Of a stretch of 64,000 bases of DNA, positions 54,781 to 64,000 are shown one piece after another (position 1 is the first letter of the stretch; each line of letters opens with the position of its first letter). The position numbers and the translations under genes are program-made. Below the pieces are notes generated by a model. The model was not told where the DNA came from. It was given only the letters and a program-made list of their open reading frames with translations, and made no database searches. This DNA is from Azolla caroliniana (Eukaryota > Plantae > Polypodiophyta), in NCBI GenBank assembly GCA_043228905.1, contig JBHGNT010000022.1, positions 6,200,001 to 6,264,000 on the forward strand. The letters run 5' to 3'.

Positions 54781-57735
54781 TGTTGGGAAATGGGTCCCTC
54801 CAGATGAGAACCGGACGAGCTGGATCAGACGAGACGAAGGAAGGAACCGGACCAGGTGGATCCGAAAGGTATCCGGAAACCGAATCAGATGGATCCGATT
54901 GGTAGCTGGCCGGACATATTAGTAAATATGTTTTGATGTGACTGTTTGAGGTCATATTTGTAAATAGACCCAAAGTTATATAAGTATAAATATAACTGGG
55001 GCAATACTATTGAGTAGTCGTTATCTGTGAGTGTTGTATAGAGAGAGAGAGAGAGAGAAATTGAAAGCATTTTCTGTTGTAGCTGTTGGTTGGCGAAGAC
55101 AGAGCTCGAGGTCGTTGCTTTAGAGTTTCACATTGTAGTGTCTTTCTGTCATAGTGATAGTTGGAGTCTGTGGGCTCCCGTGGTTTTTCCCGATTAGGGT
55201 TTTCCACATTAACATTTGGTGTCATCTCTTCTATCTTGTTAAGTGCATTGTTACTTTCTGTTCAATCTTCCATTTGCATTGTGGAACTCGGTTGTGGCCA
55301 AGCACGATTTCTATCAATATGGTATCAAAGCACAGAAGATCCATTCGGCGGCTTGTTCAAGCTCACGGGCTCCAACTACTCATTGTGTAAGTCGAAGATA
55401 AAGGGACATGCTAGTGGTTAATGATCTATGACTAGTGGTATAGTTTAAGGACGAAAGACCAGACAAGATTGATGCATCAACATGGGAGGTGATGCACATG
55501 AAGACGAAAACCTACATTAGATGCTTCATCAACATGCGCCCATATAATAACTTCAATGAGGAGAAGAAAGCCCACGAGCTCTGGGAGAAGATAGGCATCA
55601 TGTTTGAGAACAAGAATGTTGTAAATCGAGTCTCGGTCTTTCAGAAGTTAGTGAGACTCAGATATCAAGACGGCTCCAACATGGTGGAGCACATGAATGC
55701 CTTCTAAGGGCTTATAAATCCGACAACCTCGTTGGACGTACCTCTAGTTGACGAGGTACTCACGATGTTGCTTCTCGGTTCCCTCCTGGATAGCTGGGAG
55801 ATGTTGGTTGTCAATTTGGACAACGCCGGGCCGGAAGGGAAACACATATCCCTAGTGAGAGTAAAATCAAGCTTACTGGATGAAGAGTCTCATAAGAAAG
55901 ACAAGGAAGTGATCTCTGATTCAAAAGCCCTAGTTACTGAAACTGACACACAACAGGGAAGAGGCCGGAATTGGAGTCCCCAGAACCGGGACAAATCGAG
56001 GACGAGGTCGAAGCCAGGGGGAGGCCCACATGCTTCCATTGTGGAAAGCTAGGGCATTTCCAGAAGAACTGCCGACATTACCAAAAAGAGAAAGGGTCCG
56101 AAAATGCTGACTCGGAAGAGAGTTCGAACCAAAAGACTTCAAATCGGAAAGGGACGTCAGCAATCACGACAAGTGAAGAAGAACTAATGCTCATCACCGA
56201 GGAGAGCGAGCTACATCTTGTCAACGACGAAATGACATGGGTGATCGACTCCGGAGCGTCATTCCACCTGACTCCCGACCGGAAGTGCTTCGCATCCTAC
56301 AAAGCCTAAGATCACGATTGTGTGAGGATGGGGAATGAAGGTTCATGGCGAATTGTCGGCAAAGGGGACATGTGGCTGACAATGTCAACCGGGTGCAAGT
56401 TGATACTGAAAGATGTCTGACACGTTCCGGAGGTTCGGTTGAACCTAATATCAGTCGGTCGGCTAGATGATGAAGGTTACATGGGTAGCATCCGGAACGG
56501 ATTCATGAAGTTCAACAAAGGAAGCCTGATCGCGGCCCGAGCCCGGAAGATCAACACTCTGTACCTGATGCATACCCGGATTTTCCGAGGAGGAAGTGAA
56601 TGTGGCAGTGGACACTACCAGTGAGCTGTGGCACAAGAGGTTGTGCCACATGAGCTAGAAAGGTATGCAAAGACTTGCCAAGGATTACCTTATTCTGGAG
56701 GTGAAAGACATGCAGCTTGAGAAGTGCACCGATTGTTGGCCGACCAAAACCGAACCTCTTTCCGAACCCGACCACCGACAAGACGGAAAGAACTGCTGGA
56801 GCTCGTGCATACCGATGTATGCTAGGTGGACTCAAATTCACATGCTGGGTCGCAGTACTTCGTGACGTTCATAGATGACCACAACCGGAAGTTGTGGGTC
56901 TCACCGCTGAAGAAGAAGGATCAGGTACTGATCGCCTTCAAGGAGTTCCACTTGAGAGTGGAAAGAGAAACCGATCGGAAGCTGAAGGCCGTTCGAGCTG
57001 ACACCGGTGGAGAGTACCGGGGGCAGTTTGAGGAATACTACTAGTCAAAAGGAATCCGACTCGAATTTACCGTGCCGAAGGTGCTGGTGCTGAACGGTTT
57101 GGCCGAAAGGATGAACCAGAATGTGATGGAGAGAGTCCGGAGCATGCTGGCACATGCTAAGTTGTCCAAGACGTTTTGGGCTGAGGCACTGATGACATTG
57201 ACCTATGTGATAAACATATCACCCCGAGCATCCTTGGAAGGAAATACACCATAGAGAGTATGGGTCGGTAAAGACGTGTCTTACCAGCATCTGAAGGTGT
57301 TCAGATGTCTCGCCTACATGCATGTAGCAAAGGACAAGGGAGCAAAATTGGAACCGAAGTCCCGGCCATGCATATTCCTTGGATATAACAATGATGAGTT
57401 TGGCTATCGAGTGTGGGACTTGGTCGACAAGAAGGTGTTCTGGAGTCGAGACATAGTGTTCATGGAAGACGAGACCATTACCGAGTGGGAGTTGGAGAAA
57501 AAGACAACGAACTTCAGGATGACCAACAAAGATCAATCGAAAGACTCAAGGACCCATTCGGCCGGAAGCCGGATGACACTAAATGAACCAATTGGATTTT
57601 GACAAGAAACCGAACTGAACGAAGAAGAAGAATCAGATGCCAAAACTAGACAAGACCCCGAATCGGATTTGGATGAAGAACTGACTGAAGATCGGTGGCA
57701 GAGAACCAAGGAAGAAGATATCCTCTTAGAGATAG
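54781..57735 (+). mobile_element. Degenerate Ty1/copia 5' half: LTR 54781-55316, PBS, gag, protease, integrase
   Basis: PBS TGGTATCAAAGC at 55320. CFHCGKLGHFQKNC, WVIDSGASFH, NLISVGRLDD, YFVTFIDD, NGLAERMN, CIFLGY. Confidence 0.9.
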
Positions 57736-60021
57736 TGTTGAGCGGACAAGCTCAACCGGATCCGGATTGGTTGAACAAGCCAAAGCCGGATTGGAGTCTG
57801 GAACGAAGAACCTGATCGGTGTTCGGATGGTATCCGGAACCAGGAGCCGGATCGGATTATAACCGATCGGCCGTTAGAGGCCTACGAATCTAGCCTAGTA
57901 TGTAGGCATATTTTTGGGAATCAGTGACAGTCGCTCGTATGAGCATTGAAGTACTTCTCAATACTTTTGTCAGTCCTTTTTAGGGATTTGTATAAAAGTG
58001 TTCACTGAGCACATTGCATGTAAAGAGTGTTATTATTCGAATTGATTTGCATTGTTCTGCTCTCTCTATTTCGCCCGCTCTCTGTCTCGGTGATTCAAGC
58101 TCCCATTAAATCTCGTCTCTATTTTTTGTTGCTAGGGATGCAAAAAACGCCGATAGAGGTCTAGGAAAATCTCAAGAAGATTTTCGCTACGAGTACCACG
58201 GCTCAAAAGTTGCAGCTTCAGCAAGAGCTCAACAGTATCCAACAACGGGACATGTTGGTCACCGACTACACCAAGATCAAGGATATCTGTGATGTGCTCG
58301 GTTCCATTAACGTGACGGTGGATGAGGACGAGATGGTCCAAATCTGCCTCAGTGGTCTAGCACAATGGTGTGGGTCAATCCGGATAGCGATTTGCACCTG
58401 GGAGAAACAATTGTCCTTCTTTGACTTGCAATCTATGTTGATGGTCGACGAAAATCACATGAGTGGGTCAAGGACCACTTAATCGGATAGTCAGATGTTG
58501 TACATGGAGGTGGATCAGCCCTGTGGGCGTGGAGGACGAGGTGGGTTGGCACGCAATAACAACGGCCGGCAAGTGGAGAATCGGAGGCACAAAGATGTTG
58601 TCGACAGTAGTTTCGGACCCTCCAGAAGTAGGGGGAGTTATGGCGGAGCCGGAAACCGGCAATTGGAAGCTGAAAAGAAGGGCCACTGAGAGAGCGAGTG
58701 GTGGAAGAAGTGCACCAATTCAGATAAATCTGGATCCGGCAAGGCCGGACATGGGAACCAACAAAGCTCGCACTACATAGAAGGATCGAATGGATCCGGA
58801 ACTGGTAAGACCTTAAAAAGGCCAACCTTTGTGATGAAGCACAAGGCGAACTCAATGAAAAAGACCACTTCTACATCAGAGGAAGTGTGGTACGTTGACT
58901 CCGGAGCATCAAACCACATGACGAGCCATGAAGAATGGTTCTCGTTTTTGGAAAAGCCGGAGCAACCAGGAGTGTTGTTGAAACCGAAGACAACACTCCT
59001 CACTCGATCGTGCATGTCGGAGAAGTTCCCTTGAGTCATGTCGGACAAAAAGGGAAACTTATGAACATACGTCACGTTCGGACAATCATAAAGAACTTGG
59101 TGCTAGTCAGGCAGATCATCGACTAGGGGATGCAGGTGCGGTTTATGCACCTCAGGTGCTTCATCGAGGAAGAGTTCCAAGTCATCGCGTATGGGCTCCG
59201 GGACGGGAGAATGCTCATCCTCGACACCAACGACGTCGGCACCGCTTTGTTCGCAAAAGGATAGAAGGTCAAATCGGATATCGACTTGTGGCACAAGCAA
59301 ATTGGCCACGTCAACTATCAGAGGCTTCAAGATGTGCAATTGAAACATGTTGTTTTCAGATTGCCAAAATTTAGTGGTTAGAAGGCCCAAAATTGTGAAG
59401 CCTGCTAGCTCGGGAAGTAACATTGACTTCCATTCCCCACCGAAAGAAACCAGAACCCTAACAAGCTCGATCTAATACATTTGAATGTATGGGGATTGAC
59501 ATAGAATGTTAGTCTTGGCGGGAGCTGATATTTCATCTCCTTCATCAATGACTACAACTGACACACATGGATCTACCTAATCGAAAGGAAGAGCAAAGTT
59601 TTCTACTGTTTCCGAAACCTCCAAAGGCTTGTAGAACGGGAAACGGAGAGGAAGATCAAGTGCCTACGGTTGGATGGCGGAAAAGAATATTTTTCCGGCC
59701 AATTCAACAGTTATCTACAATAGAAAGGAATTCAGAGGCAATTCAACTACCGATACACACTGGAACAAAATGGTGTGGTTGAAAGGAAGAACTAGTCAAT
59801 TGTGGAGGTGGCACGGGCAATGCTAGAAGAGAAGAGCATACCCAAGTTCTACTGGGTCGACGCGGTCTGGACGATCTTCTACATCCAAAACCGAATCGGG
59901 GATAAGGTGTCAACACACGAGCTGTATTTCGGGTGGAAGCCGAACTTAAGGCATCCTAAGATATTCGGTAGCATTGCATATGTGCATGTGCCGAATGAGA
60001 AGCAGAGAAAGCTGGATCCGA

Positions 60022-62402
60022 TGTCGCGAAATTTCGCGCGCGTGTGTTACTTGGGCGGGACCACGGGGGTCTCGGACTAGGGAGTACTCAAGGGATAGAG
60101 AAGACCCGAGGTTTGCTTTATGACAATACTACTTCCCCACCCCTTCCCGAGCAAGGTCTCGTTCCCCTTTTGTTTTGTGAGGCCGGTGGCTCTTGTTGAC
60201 CACGACTCGTCGACCTTCCGAGATCACCGTACGAGCCAAGTGACCAAACGAGTACAAGCAAGATGAGCACGCAACATGAACGCACAAGGGGACGATAACA
60301 CAAACACGAATGTCCGTACGGCTTTATGAGGAGGAGAGGTGCATGGGCGCGCATGAAATCTCCCTCGTGACAAGACGTCGAACGTACGAGGAAGACACAA
60401 AACACACGCACAAAATGCTCGTATGCCTTTATGAGGAGGAGAGGTGCATGGGCAAGCCCGAACGGTCCCCTCGTCACAAAACGGTCGAACGTACAAGGAA
60501 GACACAAACACACGCACAAATGCTCGTACGCCTTTATGAGGAGGAGAAGTGCATGGGCAAGCCCGAACGGTCCCCTCGTCACAAGACGGCCGAACGTACA
60601 AGGAAGACACAAACACACGCACAAATGCTCGTACGCCTTTATAAGGAGGAGAGGTGCATGGGCAAGCCCGAACGGTCCCCTCGTCACAAGACGGCCGAAC
60701 GTACAAGGAAGACACAAACACACGCACAAATGCTCGTACGCCTTTATGAGGAGGAGAGGTGCATGGGCAAGCCCGAACGGTCCCCTCGTCACAAGATGGT
60801 CGAACGTACAAGGAAGACACAAACACACGCACAAAATGCTCGTACGCCTTTATGAGGAGGAGAGGTGCATGGGCAAGCCCGAACGGTCCCCTCGTCACAA
60901 GACGACCGAACGTACAAGGAAGACACAAACACACGCACAAATGCTCGTACGCCTTTATGAGGAGGAGAGGTGCATGGGCAATCCCGAATGGTCCCCTCGT
61001 CACAAGACGGCCGAACGTACAAGAAAGACACGAATAAAGAAAGAAGGAGAGAAAGAAAGACCAAAGAGTTAAATACGTGTTTGATTCTAATGCAAGAGGA
61101 CCCTTTATAAAATAGGGTTTTTTTTTTTTACAATGGCAACTTATAGTTAACCACAAGCTCAATCAAAACATAAATATTAAATGCCCTTAGAGACAAGGCA
61201 AAACCGAACACGGCGAAGACGAACCACGACCACCCGAACGGCAAGCACACGGGCTTGCAACGATGAACGGGGCGGAGCAATGTCGAGCCAACGAAGCTTG
61301 GGCTCACGAGCACGTGGCGATGGGGGGATGAAGGGGTATGAGATGAAGAAAAGTGGTGAATAAGGAGATGAAGAGCTTCGAAGGAAAATTGGCGATAGTC
61401 TCCTCCTCCCAAAACGTCCTTCCAAATGAGCCCCCCTCAACCTCCTTTTATAGGAAAAAAAGAAGGGGGGGGTCGCCAAATTTGTCTTCAATGAAAAAGG
61501 AATAAAATTCCTTAAATCACGCTGCACTGTAAGACTAGACTCCAACCGTGCACCTCTAGCTAGTAGTCAATGTGACTATCCACTAACCCACTAACTCTTT
61601 CTTATATAATATGTAAGTCTATCTCTATAAATTTATAGCCTATCTCCCCTCTACCCTTTATCTCACCTCTCTCTTACTTTTTGCACGAGCTTCTATACCT
61701 CCCTTTTACCCTTTCTTTTCCTTTTTATTTTGCATATGCACAATTAATCGCCTTTGTGTGCACACACATTGCACATGCACATTTTTGACCCCCTTTTCGC
61801 CGGTTTTTCCCACCCTCGAGCACGCCACATCACGACATCCACCCCCACCAAACCGCACATCCTCCGGTATGTGCCAAGAATGGCGGGCTGAGGGTGGTCA
61901 GTAGTTCATTTCCTCCTCCTCATTGACCCTATGGCTTGTTGTTTGCTCGCCTTTGTCTTCATCAAGGTCATCGAGGTTTGGCTCCTTGTCGTGTCGCTTT
62001 TTGAAGATTTTGACCCGCTTCCCGGCTATTGGTACTGCCAGCTTAGTCCCATCGAGTTCAGCGAGGTGGTAGGTAGAATTATCGTTTGCACTCGTTACCA
62101 TGTACGGCCCGAACCATCGCTTTGAGAATTTCCGCATCGACCTATGTTGATTGTCGAGACTACTATCATATACAATCACCCAGTTTCCTTCTTCGATCTT
62201 CCGAGGGCGTAGTCGGTGTGTCTTTTCGAATTGGGCTTTGTTACTTAGCCTAGCCGCTTCTAACCTCTCCTTTGCTAACTCCAAGTCTTTGGGTCTTCTC
62301 TCAAGTTGCCTTATCCTTGTGGCTAGAAGCTCTTCTCGACTCATCTCGTTTTCCCACGGCATCGCTACCCATGAAGCGATCGTGTCTTCAATGGGCATCA
62401 CC
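60022..62402 (-). mobile_element. 3' end of a non-chromovirus Ty3/gypsy: integrase C-terminus, PPT, 1.8-kb 3' LTR (60022-61837)
   Basis: ORF 61898-62401 has KFSKRWFGPY..YHLAELDG (GPY/F motif). PPT GGTGGGGGTGGA. LTR has TGTCG...CGACA termini. Confidence 0.88.
60290..61030. repeat. 105-bp tandem array (~7 copies) inside the gypsy LTR
   Basis: (C)CTTTATGAGGAGGAGAGGTGCATGGGC recurs at 60321, 60426, 60531, 60636, 60741, 60847 and 60952. Confidence 0.97.
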
Positions 62403-64000
62403 GGCGGACCTTCAGAGATGAAGTTTGAGCCGGCGAAGAGGGCCTTGAAGTCCGATCCACCTGCTAGAAGAACCCCTTAAAAAGGTATGGATATAATGAG
62501 TACATGGCGCATCACTATGCGTACATGACGAAAGTGGTAGAGGAACGTGAGCCGGAGTGCTACGCAGAAGCGGCAAAGGACGCGCATTGGAGTGCCGCAA
62601 TGGAGGAAGAGATGTAGGCACTTGATGCGAACGACACATGGGACCTGGTTGACCCTCCCCGACATTGCAAACCGATCGGTTGCAAGTGGGTGTACAAGGT
62701 GAACTATAATGTTGACGGTTCGGTCAACTGGTACAAGGCCCGGTTAGTGGCCAAAGGATACGCGCAGACCCATAGAATCAACTACGATGAGACCTTCGCT
62801 CCAGTATCGAAGATAATAACGGTTCGTGTGGTGCTAGTGGTGGCTACAGCAAGGGGATGAAATCTTCACGAAATGGACGTGAAGAATGCGTTTCTTCAAG
62901 GCGATTTTGATGAACAGGTCTGTATGATCCAACCCCCCGGATTTTAGTCAGAGATGAACAAGTCGGCTCCACAAAATCGGTTGAGTGAAGTCCCAACTGT
63001 CGAATGCATTCGAAATGAAGGACCTGGGGGCGTTACCATTGCCATCTGGCTTCGGCAGCTACTGCAAGACCTCCGGATCGAAGCGCCAACTCCAATCCCT
63101 ATCTACTGCGACAACATGAGCAACATGCAACTAGCCAAGAACCCTGTGTTCCATGCTTGGACGAAGCACATAGAAGTGCATTATCACTTTGTGCGCGAGC
63201 GGGTCCTCAGCCGTGAAGTATAACTTCGGTATGTCTGGACGGATCGACAGGTTGCCGACATCTTCACGAAGGCCCTTGGAATCGACAAGTTGCAACATTT
63301 TTCGGAGATGCTTGGTCTTCAGCATCTCGCCATGCCGCACTTGAAGGGAGAACCGGTACTGATATGGGGAGAACAGGAACTGGAACGGAAACCGGGAAAA
63401 CAGGGGGAGACAAGAAGAAAAAGGAAGCCGAGTGAACCGAAGAAGTCGGAACAAGCTATGACGACGGAAGAGTCAAGAAGGATAGAGCCGATTGGAAGGC
63501 CAAGACCCAGACGTGGTTCGATGTGGTAAAGAGCTTGAAGATTGAGGACGAATTGGAGACAACCAATTCGGACAAGAGTTGGAACGAATCAGAGTCACCC
63601 GATTAAGACAAGAGTTGATGCTTGATTCGGAGGAGCTGGATCAACTGAAGTCCAAATGGACAAGGAGGCCGTGGAAGCTGACACCGACATGGAGAAACCG
63701 ATGGGTCGAGGTGAGATGGGCCTCTTGAGCAGACAAGCCGACCGAGAAGGTCAAGGTGCGCGGAACTGGACATGTTAGGGGAAGATGAACCGGACCGGAC
63801 AAGGAGCGTAAGCCAGGCAGGAGGATGCCAGGAAGAGCCGGAGGAGAGGACCGTCTACCACAGACATACACTGCGATCCGACCTCAAGTTGAGCTTGATG
63901 GGGAGTGTTGAGCAGGCAAGCTCAACCGGATCTGGATCGACTAAACAAGCCAGAGCCGGATCAGTGTCTAGATGGTATCTGGAACCAGGAGCCGGATCAG

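Larger units (their letters stand above)
57736..64000 (+). mobile_element. Degenerate Ty1/copia (5' LTR from 57736, gag-integrase to 60021, RT/RNase H 62403-63345, PPT, 3' LTR from 63906), interrupted by a gypsy
   Basis: WYVDSGASNHM, FGSIAYVHVP, YNEYMAHHYAYMTKV, KHIEVHYHF. PPT GATGGGGAG is followed by TGTTGAG at 63906. Same family as 1-2346. Confidence 0.88.

Noticed and set aside
60118-61162. Long repetitive ORFs on both strands (238, 312, 181, 213 aa)
   Set aside because: By-products of the 105-bp (35-codon) tandem array in an LTR; no domain features.

Overview
Plant nuclear DNA, most likely from a seed-free vascular plant such as a fern. This is inferred from the Tcn1-like chromoviruses, the long PLS-type PPR gene and the L1 type. 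Most of the window is a nest of degenerate LTR retrotransposons (several Ty1/copia families, three Ty3/gypsy chromoviruses, non-chromovirus gypsy pieces, solo LTRs) plus two LINEs, one with an intact ORF2. Two host genes are supported. (1) An intronless PLS-E PPR gene at 15403-17961 (+), followed by what looks like a decayed DYW deaminase domain. (2) An 11-exon gene at 35328-42268 (-), 414 aa when spliced by hand, that fuses a mitochondrial-type presequence and a UMP-CMP kinase directly to a CaMKII association (hub) domain. This fusion is the most striking feature. Other notable signals are tRNA-like Pol III A/B-box cassettes at the U3 ends of the chromovirus LTRs, Tf1-style self-priming PBSs, a -1 frameshift hairpin whose loop is shared between two elements, a triple insertion site in one gag, and a ~1 kb intronic inverted repeat. 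Everything was read by eye and no searches were run.
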